Below, piece after piece: positions 8,450 through 19,046 of a DNA stretch of 64,000 nt. Both the position numbers and the translations under genes were made by a program. Every line of letters begins with the position of its first letter. Position 1 is the first letter of the stretch. The notes beneath the pieces were generated by a model. The model saw nothing but the letters and a program-made list of their open reading frames with translations, had not been told where the DNA came from and searched no databases. Source of the DNA: Actinomycetota bacterium (GTDB lineage: Bacteria > Actinomycetota > Actinomycetes > Nanopelagicales > Nanopelagicaceae); the NCBI GenBank assembly GCA_037134955.1, contig JBAXLF010000001.1, positions 10,099-74,098 on the forward strand, written 5' to 3'.

Positions 8450-11305
8450 GTGGTTGTGAGCAACTATCAAGGCTTTGAAGATCGCCATATAGGGCCGTCT
8501 GCATCAGATGAGGCAGAGATGCTCCACCTTCTTGGATATTCCAATATCAAGAAATTTATTGCAGAGGTAGTTCCTGCAAATATTCACATCGAGAAGACTC
8601 TCGATACCGTTCTTGATTCAGCAAAGAGTGAAGTTGAGGTCATCGCCGAACTTCGTGAGTTAGCGAATCAGAATGAAGTTTTCACTTCTCTTATCGGTGC
8701 AGGTTATTACGGCACTATCACTCCACCAGTGATTAAGCGCAATGTCTTAGAAAATCCTGCTTGGTATACCGCTTACACCCCGTATCAACCGGAGATCTCG
8801 CAGGGAAGGCTAGAAGCGCTCTTTGCCTTTCAGACAGTGATCTGCGATCTCACTGGGTTATCTCTTTCCAATGCTTCTATGTTGGATGAATCCACAGCTG
8901 CCGCTGAAGCAATGACTCTTGCGCGACGCACTTCCAAAACTAGCGATGATGCAGTGTTTCTGATTGAAGAGCATGTTCATCCCCAGACCAAAGCAGTGGT
9001 TGCAACTCGTGCAAAGCCACTGGGAATTACCGTTGTGGAAGTCGATGCCGGAGATCTGCCCCGCGATGGATATGCAGGTGAATTCTTCGGACTCTTATTG
9101 CAATACCCAGATGCCACGGGAGAAATACTCGATTATTCCGCTGTGACAGAGTTTGCACATTCACGAGATGCGCTTGTTATTTCGGCTACTGACTTACTTG
9201 CGCTCACGCTCATCACTCCGCCAGGGGAGTGGGGCGCAGATATTGCAGTTGGTACATCACAGCGTTTCGGTGTTCCGATGGGCTTCGGTGGACCTCATGC
9301 CGGATTTATGGCGGTACGTTCGGGCCTTGAACGTTCCCTACCAGGTCGCCTTGTGGGGCAGAGCGTTGATTCGCATGGCAATCCAGCTTTTCGTTTAGCG
9401 CTGCAAACGCGCGAGCAACATATTCGTCGCGATAAAGCAACGAGCAATATCTGTACCGCGCAAGTACTCCTTGCCAATATGAGTGCGTTCTATGCGATGT
9501 GGCATGGACCAATCGGTTTGCGATTGATTGCAGAGCGAGTGCATAACTTTGCAGCGCGTCTTCAGAAAGCATCACAATCGCGCAATGAGAATATCTTCGA
9601 TACCGTCACGATAGATGTGAAGGATGCATCTGCTATCCATAAGGCAGCTGCGGCGAAGAAGATTAATTTTGGACGAGTATCTGATACCCAGATTCGTATC
9701 TCCTTCGATGAAGCTACAACCGAGAGCCTCTTTCAAGAGGTGCTTACAATTTTAGGATTGTCAGATGCCAAACCAGAACCAATTACGCAAAAATTTTCGC
9801 GCACAAGTTCGTATCTAACACACCCAACCTTCAACACATACTTCTCCGAAACTTCGATGTTGCGTTACCTGCGCACCCTGGCAGATCGCGACTTGGCCCT
9901 GGACCGCACCATGATTCCGCTGGGTTCTTGCACTATGAAGCTCAATGCAACGACGGAGATGGAGGCTGTTACCTGGCCGGAGTTTGCATCCTTGCACCCA
10001 TTTGCGCCAGCAGATCAATCACGCGGATCGCGTAAATTGATTCAACAACTCTCTGATTGGCTGGTTGCGATCACCGGTTACGATGCAGTTTCGCTCCAAC
10101 CGAATGCTGGTAGCCAAGGTGAATTTGCCGGACTTCTTGCAATCCGCAACTATCACGATTCCCGTGGAGATCAAGAGAGAAATATCTGTCTCATTCCATC
10201 AAGTGCACACGGCACCAATGCGGCAAGTGCAGTCATGGCTGGCATGAAGGTTGTTGTTATTGAATGCGATGAAGCCGGAAATGTATCGGTAGCTGATATC
10301 AAGGCGAAGATTGCAGAACATGGCAGCGCATTAGCAGCTTTGATGGTGACCTACCCATCAACACATGGAGTTTTCGAATCAGCAATCTCTGAAATCTGCG
10401 CACTTATTCACGATGCAGGTGGTCAGGTATATGTAGATGGTGCCAATCTCAACGCGCTTGTTGGAACTGCCCAGCCCGGAAAATTCGGCGCAGATGTTTC
10501 ACATCTCAATCTCCATAAAACTTTCTGTATTCCGCATGGCGGTGGGGGACCAGGAGTCGGACCTGTGATCGCCAAGTCACATCTAGCGCCATTCCTGCCT
10601 AATCACCCACTCGATGAACTTGCTGGTCCTGAAACAGGTCCAGGACCAATTTCAGGAGCGCCATTTGGCTCGGCCAGCATTCTGCCGATTTCGTGGGCCT
10701 ACATTCGCCTCATGGGGGGAGCGGGCTTAACTCATGCAACAGAGGTAGCAATCCTCAATGCAAATTACATGGCCTATCGACTCAAGAACTCATATCCGAT
10801 TCTCTACACGGGCGCCAACGGTTTGATTGCACACGAGTGCATCCTTGATTTACGCGAGATCACGCGCATTTCAGGTGTAACGGTTGATGATGTGGCAAAG
10901 CGATTGATGGATTTCGGATTCCACGCCCCAACTATGTCGTTTCCGGTAGCTGGAACTTTGATGATTGAGCCGACTGAATCTGAAGATATGCGCGAGATGA
11001 ATCGCTTCATCGACGCTATGAATTCAATTCGTGATGAGATTCAAGAAGTTATCGACGGAAAAGTTGCGGTAGAGGATTCGGCGCTCCGCCATGCTCCACA
11101 CACCATTGGGGCTATCGCCGGAACGAATTGGGAGAGGAGTTACTCTCGCGAACGTGGAGCCTTCCCAGCCACCTTCACGGGTCTGATTCCAGGTGAATTG
11201 ATCGGTGCCAAGGGCAAGTACTGGCCGACTACCGGGCGTATCGATGGGGCATATGGGGACCGTAATCTGGTCTGCTCCTGCCCACCTATCGAATCCTTCG
11301 CCTAG
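8450..11305 (+). CDS. gcvP: Glycine dehydrogenase (decarboxylating), P protein
   Basis: [36 protein letters not shown] motif HLNLHKTF, C-terminal [11 protein letters not shown]. Confidence 0.98.
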   Translation: MVVSNYQGFEDRHIGPSASDEAEMLHLLGYSNIKKFIAEVVPANIHIEKTLDTVLDSAKSEVEVIAELRELANQNEVFTSLIGAGYYGTITPPVIKRNVLENPAWYTAYTPYQPEISQGRLEALFAFQTVICDLTGLSLSNASMLDESTAAAEAMTLARRTSKTSDDAVFLIEEHVHPQTKAVVATRAKPLGITVVEVDAGDLPRDGYAGEFFGLLLQYPDATGEILDYSAVTEFAHSRDALVISATDLLALTLITPPGEWGADIAVGTSQRFGVPMGFGGPHAGFMAVRSGLERSLPGRLVGQSVDSHGNPAFRLALQTREQHIRRDKATSNICTAQVLLANMSAFYAMWHGPIGLRLIAERVHNFAARLQKASQSRNENIFDTVTIDVKDASAIHKAAAAKKINFGRVSDTQIRISFDEATTESLFQEVLTILGLSDAKPEPITQKFSRTSSYLTHPTFNTYFSETSMLRYLRTLADRDLALDRTMIPLGSCTMKLNATTEMEAVTWPEFASLHPFAPADQSRGSRKLIQQLSDWLVAITGYDAVSLQPNAGSQGEFAGLLAIRNYHDSRGDQERNICLIPSSAHGTNAASAVMAGMKVVVIECDEAGNVSVADIKAKIAEHGSALAALMVTYPSTHGVFESAISEICALIHDAGGQVYVDGANLNALVGTAQPGKFGADVSHLNLHKTFCIPHGGGGPGVGPVIAKSHLAPFLPNHPLDELAGPETGPGPISGAPFGSASILPISWAYIRLMGGAGLTHATEVAILNANYMAYRLKNSYPILYTGANGLIAHECILDLREITRISGVTVDDVAKRLMDFGFHAPTMSFPVAGTLMIEPTESEDMREMNRFIDAMNSIRDEIQEVIDGKVAVEDSALRHAPHTIGAIAGTNWERSYSRERGAFPATFTGLIPGELIGAKGKYWPTTGRIDGAYGDRNLVCSCPPIESFA

Positions 11306-11316
11306 CCGATTCTCAC

Positions 11317-12063
11317 TTACTTTACATAATGTAACTTATCGGCGTTAGGTCGTAGTCGTCGAGCAAGTCCCCAGAGGGTTGTCTGCCATAGCGCTTCAAC
11401 CACTATCGCCCTACTCATCTTAGAGACGCCATTGATACGTTCGACAAAGGTGATCGGTACTTCAACCATGGTGGCTCCAGCAAGTTCGGCAGCCATCGCC
11501 ATCTCGATCTGAAAACAATATCCAGTAGCTGTCATATCAGCGAGATTCAATTTTTCAAGTAGTTCAGAGGTGTAGACCCTAAAGCCACCCGTTAAATCAT
11601 TGAGTGGAATTCCGAGGGCAAGACGAGCGTATTTCGTTCCAGATTTAGAGAGTAATTGTCTACTTTTTGGCCAATTCACGACGGCGCCGCCCGGCATCCA
11701 ACGAGTTCCTAGCGTGATGGCAATTGTTGCCTGTGTAGCGTCGAGCATTGCTGGTAAATCTTTCACTCGATGTGATCCATCGGCATCCATTGTGACTATC
11801 TGAGAGTATTTCTTGAGAGGCAAGATGTGTGCGAATCCGGCGCGATAGGCAGCGCCCAATCCTGCTTTACCGGGACGTCTTAAGACCTTTACCCAGTCAT
11901 AACCCATCGTGTCGACAATATCTGCAGTCTTGTCAGGTGAATTATCATCAAGAATAAGAACATCGAAATCACGATCCTTATGTAAATCCGATAAAGATTT
12001 GAGTAATTCAACAATGGCAATTGATTCGTTATAGGTAGGAATCAGGATTACTGGTTTCATCAT
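11317..12063 (-). CDS. ppm1: Polyprenol monophosphomannose synthase (GT2)
   Basis: IPTYNE, DDNSPDKT, GKAGLGAAYRAGF, MDADGSH, DLTGGFR, GYCFQIE, EVPITFVER. Confidence 0.9.
   Translation of the reverse strand: MMKPVILIPTYNESIAIVELLKSLSDLHKDRDFDVLILDDNSPDKTADIVDTMGYDWVKVLRRPGKAGLGAAYRAGFAHILPLKKYSQIVTMDADGSHRVKDLPAMLDATQATIAITLGTRWMPGGAVVNWPKSRQLLSKSGTKYARLALGIPLNDLTGGFRVYTSELLEKLNLADMTATGYCFQIEMAMAAELAGATMVEVPITFVERINGVSKMSRAIVVEALWQTTLWGLARRLRPNADKLHYVK
11319..11346 (-). other. dif: Chromosome dimer resolution site dif (XerC/XerD)
   Basis: Minus strand reads AACGCCGATAA-GTTACA-TTATGTAAAGT, an 11-6-11 layout with a TTATGT XerD arm and a GCCGATAA actinobacterial-type XerC arm. It sits where gene orientation flips. 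Confidence 0.9.
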
Positions 12064-12073
12064 CTATTCCTCC

Positions 12074-12976
12074 CTACCAACCAAGCGCTGATATTAATCT
12101 ATCAACGCTCGCCCCTAGGCCGTACTCTTCCTTCATCTGATAAATCTCAGATAAGTCAGCAGGCTTTGCAGGTTTTGTGATATCCATCTTCGGAATCGCC
12201 ACATCACGGGCACAATTGACAAGCGTTGGAGCGATCTTTAAGTAATCTGCACCATCGATAATTTTCTGAGCAAGAGATTTCGAAAGAACTTCATGGCCGG
12301 CTCGCGCTGCAGCGAGAGCTTCATCGACGTTTGCAAAGTTGTTAGCGATCAGTGCGGCACCTTTTTCGCCGATACCTCGAACTCCGGGAAGTCCATCAGA
12401 GGGATCTCCTCGGAACATGGCGAAGAGGGCGTACCTATCCCCCGGAATTCCGTACTTTTCTGCAACCCAGGCGATATCTACCAAGTCATGTTGCGATAAT
12501 CCTTTGGCGAGATAGACCACCTTCACATCTCGCTTGTCATCGACTAGTTGGAAGAGATCCCTATCCCCCGTCACGATTCGAATTGGCCCCTTCTCGCGTA
12601 CTGCGAAAGTTGCCATGACATCATCAGCTTCATAATCGTCTACACCGAGCATGGGAAAACCAAAGGCATCGAGCAGATCTAAGAGAATCGGAATCTGCGG
12701 AGTCAAAGTTTCTGGCTCTTCCTCTTCATCACTCTCATCCTCAAGTCGGTTGGCTTTGTAATCAGGAAAGAGATCTACCCGCCACGATGGTCGCCAATCA
12801 CCTTCGATACAAGCAACTATTCGATTAGGTGAATACATTCCGATCAATCGCGCAGTCATATCGAGATATCCGCGAATTGCATTTACCGGCATTCCAGATG
12901 GCGATAGAAGAGTGTCTGGCATTCCGTAGTAGGCGCGATACCAAAGAGAAGCGCTATCGAGGAGCATCAGGGTCAT
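12074..12976 (-). CDS. Stand-alone 5'-3' exonuclease (Rv2090-like flap endonuclease)
   Basis: LLDSASLWYRAYYG, YKANR, YEADDV, TGDRDLFQL, GDPSDGLPGVRGIGEKGA. Confidence 0.92.
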   Translation of the reverse strand: MTLMLLDSASLWYRAYYGMPDTLLSPSGMPVNAIRGYLDMTARLIGMYSPNRIVACIEGDWRPSWRVDLFPDYKANRLEDESDEEEEPETLTPQIPILLDLLDAFGFPMLGVDDYEADDVMATFAVREKGPIRIVTGDRDLFQLVDDKRDVKVVYLAKGLSQHDLVDIAWVAEKYGIPGDRYALFAMFRGDPSDGLPGVRGIGEKGAALIANNFANVDEALAAARAGHEVLSKSLAQKIIDGADYLKIAPTLVNCARDVAIPKMDITKPAKPADLSEIYQMKEEYGLGASVDRLISALGW

Positions 12977-15357
12977 ATCTCCCCCAACATATAGGAAACC
13001 ACGCCGCGGTCCAAGCGTTTGATTCCTTCACGACAGATTGGTCGCAACTCCTCTGCGGCGCCACCAATCTGTGTCAGCAGGTCGATGAGTTGTTTGATAC
13101 TTCGCACAAAATCTCCGACAGTCATATCGGTTCCTTTGAGAATACTGCTCAAGGAATGTCCATTAGCCCAGCGATAAGAGGCGTAGCAGAAACCGAAATC
13201 AGGTTCGCGTTGGGTCTTCACGTCGTACTCGTTCTCTAACGCTTCGAGTTCAATCCACACTCGCGATACTTCAACCAGAGCATTGGCCACATTCTCATGA
13301 GGCATCTTCGGGGCATAGGCTTCGGAGCTACGCCCCTGATAAATCATCGCCGAAGCAACCGATAGAAGTTCTGGTGCCGAGAGGCCCTGAAAAATATCGC
13401 GCCGAATTGATTCAGTAAGAAGGAGATCTGATTCTGCGAAGATTTTGGCGAGGATCTTTCCTTGGTCAAGTGGCTTATCACCTTCGATATAGCCCAAGTG
13501 AGTAAGCACATTACAGATGCGATCAAAGGTCTTGGCAATGACGTGGGTGCGGTTTTCTACGCGAGATCGAAGTCCATCACTTTCGCGATTGATGCGATCG
13601 GCACGTTCGGCTATTCGGGCATGTGTCTCACGATCATTGCAAGAGTGGCAAGGATGGCCACGTAAGCCACGTCGCATACCATCGAGTTCATTCTCCATCC
13701 GAACACGTTGCCGCTGATCGAAGGAGCGACGCCCATCGCGCTTGCTGAGTAAGCGTTCGAGCTCTTTGATATCGATACGCATTCGAGAATATTCGTTGAA
13801 ATCCCCCAGATGACATTGTGCCGATTCAGTCAGCTCGGCTGCAGCAGAATCATTCTTGCGAATTTGCCGAACCAGACTTACGACAGCTCGATCAGCTTGG
13901 AATTGAGCGAAGGAAGACTCAAGGCTGCCATGAGCTCTCTCACGCCCAAAGCGCGCAATCAAATTGATCGACATGTTATATGTCGGCGTAAAAGAGGATT
14001 TCAGTGGATAAGTACGAGTAGAAGCCAATCCGGCTGCAGTTGCAGAATCAACAGTTGGAGACCATTGCACAACAGCATTACCTTCAATATCAATTCCCCG
14101 TCGACCAGCACGTCCTGTCAATTGTGTGTACTCCCCCGGAGTAATTGAGACATGCGCCTCACCATTCCACTTAGTTAATTTCTCGAGAACAACTGTTCGG
14201 GCCGGCATATTGATACCGAGAGCTAAAGTTTCGGTAGCAAAGACTGCCTTCACGAGTCCGCGCTTAAAGAGATCTTCTACAGCTCCCTTAAAACTAGGTA
14301 GTAGGCCGGCGTGATGGGCAGCTATTCCGCGTTCGAGCGCGACTAACCAATCACGATAACCAAGCACATCGAGATCTTCTTCAGCTAGGTTCTGGGTATA
14401 ACGCGCCGCAGTTGCCGCGATCTCTATACGTTCTTCTGTTGTCGTTAATCTAATTCCTGCTTGTAGGCATTGTTTTACTGCCGCATCACATCCGACTCGA
14501 GAGAAGATGAAGGTGATAGCTGGAAGTAGATTTTCGCGTTGCAATTTCTCGATGATCTCCGGCCGTGACATGCGGTTATCGTTCTCACCGAAACGATCGC
14601 GTCTACCTTTTGGAATCTTGACCTTGCGCAACGCTTCCCGTTCCAAACCAAGAATCTCGGGGTTGATTCGACCTGGTTCGTTGAAGAGGTCAATGAGTCG
14701 ATTGCCGATAAGTACATGTTGATAGAGCGGAATCGGACGGACTTCAGAAACGATAACTTCGGTGGCACCTCGGACCTCTCCGAGCCATTCTCCAAACTCC
14801 TCCGCATTGGAAACTGTTGCAGAGAGTGAGATCACTTGGACACTCTCCATCAAATGGATGAGTACTTCCTCCCAGACAGCGCCACGCGATTTATCCGCTA
14901 GATAATGCACCTCATCCATGACGACAGAACCCAAATTCTTGAGAGTCGATGAATTCGCATACAGCATATTGCGAAGAACTTCGGTAGTCATCACCAAGAC
15001 ATCTGCCTCTGAATTGATATTGGTATCGCCGGTAAGTAGCCCCACTCGGTCTTCACCAAATCGCTCGACGAACTCTTGGAACTTTTGATTCGAGAGAGCC
15101 TTGATCGGTGTCGTATAAAAACATTTCTTGCCTTGAGCTAGTGCGCTAAATGCGGCGAACTCTCCCACCACCGTCTTACCTGCTCCAGTCGGTGCCGCAA
15201 CGAGAACGCCTTTACCATCTTCGACTGCATGGCAGGCGGTGATTTGAAAATCATCGAAACCGAAATCAAATTGCCCAATAAATTGTGTCGTTAATGGATG
15301 AGAGCTGCGCTTCTTCGCTGCTGCATAACTCTCAGCGGGGGTTGTTACAGCTTCCAT
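12973..15357 (-). CDS. helY: Ski2-like DExH RNA helicase HelY
   Basis: APTGAGKT, PIKALSNQK, DEVH, SAT, HHAGLLP, ATETLALGINMPA, QLTGRAGRRG and a DSHCT-like tail; start at ATG 15357. Confidence 0.93.
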   Translation of the reverse strand: MEAVTTPAESYAAAKKRSSHPLTTQFIGQFDFGFDDFQITACHAVEDGKGVLVAAPTGAGKTVVGEFAAFSALAQGKKCFYTTPIKALSNQKFQEFVERFGEDRVGLLTGDTNINSEADVLVMTTEVLRNMLYANSSTLKNLGSVVMDEVHYLADKSRGAVWEEVLIHLMESVQVISLSATVSNAEEFGEWLGEVRGATEVIVSEVRPIPLYQHVLIGNRLIDLFNEPGRINPEILGLEREALRKVKIPKGRRDRFGENDNRMSRPEIIEKLQRENLLPAITFIFSRVGCDAAVKQCLQAGIRLTTTEERIEIAATAARYTQNLAEEDLDVLGYRDWLVALERGIAAHHAGLLPSFKGAVEDLFKRGLVKAVFATETLALGINMPARTVVLEKLTKWNGEAHVSITPGEYTQLTGRAGRRGIDIEGNAVVQWSPTVDSATAAGLASTRTYPLKSSFTPTYNMSINLIARFGRERAHGSLESSFAQFQADRAVVSLVRQIRKNDSAAAELTESAQCHLGDFNEYSRMRIDIKELERLLSKRDGRRSFDQRQRVRMENELDGMRRGLRGHPCHSCNDRETHARIAERADRINRESDGLRSRVENRTHVIAKTFDRICNVLTHLGYIEGDKPLDQGKILAKIFAESDLLLTESIRRDIFQGLSAPELLSVASAMIYQGRSSEAYAPKMPHENVANALVEVSRVWIELEALENEYDVKTQREPDFGFCYASYRWANGHSLSSILKGTDMTVGDFVRSIKQLIDLLTQIGGAAEELRPICREGIKRLDRGVVSYMLGEI

Positions 15358-16211
15358 GTTAAACCTGCTCCCGCAACGCACTCGGCCGAGATAGGTGCTG
15401 CGCCGATTCTTTCACCATCTGCATAGGCGATGGCGTTAGCAGCAATCGATATCTTCTTGGTTCGAAAAGTCTTAACTTGAGGGTGCGTTGTATGTGAGCC
15501 CGAATACACCTTAGGAAAGACCTTCAGGAATTCAACTTTAGAGACGGGTTCAAGAATCATGACATCAAAGAGACCATCGCTCATATTTGCTTGCGGACAC
15601 ACCAACATGCCGCCGCCGTATGAACGACCATTTCCAATCGCAATCAGCATCGCTCTGGTTGAGAATTTCGTGGTGTCCGTGGATATCTCATATTCAATCG
15701 GAGAAAAGCGCGGGAGCTCTAACGCAATCGCCACGTTATAGCGTTGTGGACCTTTCGGCCAGGCCAGACGATTAGCGCGTTCGTTTACTACCGAATCGAA
15801 TCCGGTGGAGAGAATGGCGGCGAACCACTCTGAATCTACATTGCCCAGATCAATTTTCTGTGGTGCAGAAGTGGTAATTCGTTGCAGATGACTTTCGATA
15901 TCTTCCAATGACCAACCTAAAGTTCTTACTATGTCATTTCCAGTTCCGGCCGGAATTACTGCAAAAGGAATCTGGCGAGGAACCACAAGTTGAAGAACGA
16001 GATGAGCTAATCCATCTCCCCCAACACAAATGACACCTTGTACTCGTTCCTTCGTTAAGAATGAATCCAATTCGCTTTCAAGTTCACGGGAGCTTGGTGC
16101 CGTAAAGACTTGATACGTCAAATTTTTTTCAGCGAAGAAGTTGATGACCTCTTTACCTACCGTTATTCCTCTTCCATGTCCCGAAGCGGGATTGATTGCT
16201 ATCGCCCACAT
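15345..16211 (-). CDS. Diacylglycerol/lipid kinase family (YegS/Rv2252-like)
   Basis: NPASG, GGDG, PAGTGND, GNGRSYGGG, ADGE motifs. Confidence 0.9.
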   Translation of the reverse strand: MWAIAINPASGHGRGITVGKEVINFFAEKNLTYQVFTAPSSRELESELDSFLTKERVQGVICVGGDGLAHLVLQLVVPRQIPFAVIPAGTGNDIVRTLGWSLEDIESHLQRITTSAPQKIDLGNVDSEWFAAILSTGFDSVVNERANRLAWPKGPQRYNVAIALELPRFSPIEYEISTDTTKFSTRAMLIAIGNGRSYGGGMLVCPQANMSDGLFDVMILEPVSKVEFLKVFPKVYSGSHTTHPQVKTFRTKKISIAANAIAYADGERIGAAPISAECVAGAGLTWKL

Positions 16212-16999
16212 TAGAGAGAGTCTGAAAGTAGGCTGGCCTGGAACTTCTTATCTCGCCTCTTATCGTTGACAAGGGCGATGGAACCGGCCATGAGGTAGAG
16301 CAACACCAACGGAGCTGCCAGAGCAAACATAGAGAGTGGATCGGCGCTCGGGGTAAATCCGGCAACGAAGAGACAGATTCCAAAGACCCAGATTCGCCAA
16401 GGACGCAGGATTGTTTTTCCCGATAAGAAACCAATCGCGTTAAAGGTAACTAGGAAGACGGGCAACTCAAAGGCGATTCCGAAGAGCAGGATGATGCGAA
16501 GAACGAAATCCAGATAATCATCGAATCGCACCAAGTTAGTGAGCGCATGCGGAGTAAAACCAAAGAGAACGCGTACGGCTACGGGAAGTACCGAGTAACC
16601 CAGATACGCACCAATCGCGAAGAATGGAGTTGCAGCGGTGAAGAAGAAGAAGGAGTTTCGCTTCTCTTTTCTATGAAGCGCGGGTGCGATAAATGCCCAT
16701 AGTTGGTAGAGCCAAATAGGAGCGGTGATGATGACTCCGCTGAGAATGGCAACCTTGATTTGTAGATTAAGCGGACCTAGAACACCATTGATGTAGAGCG
16801 AGCCACAACTCGAGGCGCCGGTACTTTGCGCCTTCTTTAAATCGCAGACTGGTTGTGCCAGCTTTGTGATGATCGTGTTGTAGTAATACCAGCCAAAACC
16901 TGATCCAACGATGATGGCAAGGGATGCTTTAACTACCCGAGTACGTAACTCGCGTAAATGGTCTAACAGCGGCATACGACCGCCCTGGGTGGCCGCCAT
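16211..16999 (-). CDS. tatC: Twin-arginine translocase subunit TatC
   Basis: MPLLDHLRELRTR, WLYQLWAFIAPALH, FELPV, TPSADPLSM. Confidence 0.96.
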   Translation of the reverse strand: MAATQGGRMPLLDHLRELRTRVVKASLAIIVGSGFGWYYYNTIITKLAQPVCDLKKAQSTGASSCGSLYINGVLGPLNLQIKVAILSGVIITAPIWLYQLWAFIAPALHRKEKRNSFFFFTAATPFFAIGAYLGYSVLPVAVRVLFGFTPHALTNLVRFDDYLDFVLRIILLFGIAFELPVFLVTFNAIGFLSGKTILRPWRIWVFGICLFVAGFTPSADPLSMFALAAPLVLLYLMAGSIALVNDKRRDKKFQASLLSDSL

Positions 17000-17004
17000 A
17001 AAGA

Positions 17005-17187
17005 TTACTTTTCAGTAGTTCCTTGATCAGGATCTTTTGACTCGTCCTTCATCTCTTTCATCTCGCTCTTAAAGATGCGCATCGACTTACCGAGTGATTT
17101 CGCTGAATCTGGAAGTCGCTTCGCTCCAAAGAGAATAACGAGGACGAGGAGCAGGAGGAGTATGTGGCTTGGTTCGCGTAAAAACAT
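17005..17187 (-). CDS. tatA: Twin-arginine translocase subunit TatA
   Basis: TM helix followed by [24 protein letters not shown]. Confidence 0.95.
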   Translation of the reverse strand: MFLREPSHILLLLLVLVILFGAKRLPDSAKSLGKSMRIFKSEMKEMKDESKDPDQGTTEK

Positions 17188-17215
17188 AGCGCAACACTAT
17201 CGCAAGGTCGGCAAA

Positions 17216-18112
17216 TCAGCGATAAATGCTGAGGGCCTTGGCTGCCAATGAGGCAACTTCTGAGCGAATCTCTTTGGGGCCCGTGATTGTCATGGCTCCC
17301 CCAGAGGCGATTACGGTGCGCGCCAACCAGGAGAAGCTATAGGTTGAAACCTCAACATCGGGACCAGCGCCAGAGATAAATTGCCCAAGTGATTCACGCG
17401 AACGCCGTGAATCTGAATTAATCCTGACATTTGCTTTCACCATCTCATCTGGAATAGGAGCCGATGACACCCGCGCTGCCAATTTATCGAGGACGGTGGC
17501 GCTACGAATTCGGTCCATCCGGAAGGTTCTCTGTGCATCAGCTCGTTCACAGAATGCGACGAGGAAATTGCGGTTATCAGCAACATACGTTTCAATCGGG
17601 TTGATTACTCGTGAAGTGAGGGCGCCATCGAGAACTGCCTCGTACTCAATCTCCACTTTTCGTCCCGCGCGCAGAGCGCTATTGATCGCTGCGACTACAT
17701 CACCTTTGGTCAAAGGAGATGCATGAATGACTCGCTCAAAACCCTTACCCAACTTGAGTCGAAGGGAATCGATATCGGCAAGTAAGTCGGAACGATCTGC
17801 AGGTAGATCTTTGGCGATGAGATCGAGGCCCAACAAGATTGCAACCGTTTCCTGATACGAGAGATTGCGAACCTGGTTGAGCGTTTGGGCATTTCGAATA
17901 GATACATACCCGGATTCAAATTCGAGCTCGATGAGATCGAGGCGATCATCGCCACACATGAAGAGCGCGTTAAGGTCCGATAGAAGTTCTGGAATAGAAA
18001 TTCCAAACTCATCCGCCAACTCTTTCGTGGGAATCCCCTGATGAGTAGATATATATGGGACGAGATCAAGCATGCGGGCAGCTTTCTGCGTCGGTGTTGA
18101 TTTCTTAACCAT
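17216..18112 (-). CDS. pafC: WYL-domain transcriptional regulator PafC
   Basis: RMLDLVPYI, LADEFGIS, LFMCG, WYL-like region (RNFLVAFC...RTFRMDRI). Start at ATG 18112 overlaps the pafB stop. Confidence 0.88.
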   Translation of the reverse strand: MVKKSTPTQKAARMLDLVPYISTHQGIPTKELADEFGISIPELLSDLNALFMCGDDRLDLIELEFESGYVSIRNAQTLNQVRNLSYQETVAILLGLDLIAKDLPADRSDLLADIDSLRLKLGKGFERVIHASPLTKGDVVAAINSALRAGRKVEIEYEAVLDGALTSRVINPIETYVADNRNFLVAFCERADAQRTFRMDRIRSATVLDKLAARVSSAPIPDEMVKANVRINSDSRRSRESLGQFISGAGPDVEVSTYSFSWLARTVIASGGAMTITGPKEIRSEVASLAAKALSIYR

Positions 18113-19046
18113 GTGCTGCGACCGTCGCTGTGAGACGTGTGATGATTTCCTGACGAGCCGAAAGTGGTTCGATGATTTCAATATCGTCCAAGTGCCATAA
18201 GGCATCGGCGAGAAGTTCGGCCTGATGTCGAAATGGGTATTCGACCACAATCCAGTCATCGCCCTCTTCAATAATGCGCGACATATTCAAAATCCTGTGG
18301 GCTTTGCCCCGCCTCAATTTAAGAGTCGCGATTTCACTCTTGAGCGGTGAAGCCAAGAGAGCACTCATCGCGAAATCCTGTGGGATTTCAAAGGAGGAAG
18401 CTTTGCCTTGTTTGACTACCTGCGAATCGATGCGATCTAGACGAAAGAGCCGAATCTCCTTCTTATCTAGATCACGTCCTGCGACATACCAATACCCGCC
18501 TTTGGTACCGGCGCCAAATGGCTCGAGAACGCGTTCTTGTTGCGACAAATCAGGCGCGAGATAAGTAAATGAGATCGTGCGTCGCTCTGAAATAGCATCA
18601 ACAATCGCGACGAAGTTTTCATCGGAGATATTAATTGTCGGAGAAATAGCCGGAATGGAATCTAAATCGCTTTCGATGCCAAGTGATTTCAACTTAATCA
18701 AGGCAGAGAGAGCTGATGAATCGAGGACAGCGCCTTGCCAGATTGATGTGGCCAGATTGATGAGCGAGAGCTCTCGCGAGGAGATTTCCTTGATATCAGT
18801 ACTGTAACTATCAGGTCGAATCCGATAACCAACTTCATCATCAAAGAGTGGATCAAAGGAACCAACTTCAATCACGATACCTAGATTTCGTAGGTCATCC
18901 TTATCACGTTCAAACATTCGCTCTTTGGCATCTGGTTCACCTTCATAACCATCTACGGCTAGAAATATTTGAGTCTTTGTAAGCCAGCGCTTAGTTCCAA
19001 GGAGTGCAATTGTTAAATTGACTAACCGCTCACTCTTCCGCGACAC
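18105..19046 (-). CDS. pafB: WYL-domain transcriptional regulator PafB
   Basis: SRKSERLVNLTIALL, RMFERDKDDLRNLG, WYVAGRD...RLFRLDRI. Start is GTG 19046 or 19055. Confidence 0.9.
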   Translation of the reverse strand: MSRKSERLVNLTIALLGTKRWLTKTQIFLAVDGYEGEPDAKERMFERDKDDLRNLGIVIEVGSFDPLFDDEVGYRIRPDSYSTDIKEISSRELSLINLATSIWQGAVLDSSALSALIKLKSLGIESDLDSIPAISPTINISDENFVAIVDAISERRTISFTYLAPDLSQQERVLEPFGAGTKGGYWYVAGRDLDKKEIRLFRLDRIDSQVVKQGKASSFEIPQDFAMSALLASPLKSEIATLKLRRGKAHRILNMSRIIEEGDDWIVVEYPFRHQAELLADALWHLDDIEIIEPLSARQEIITRLTATVAAHG

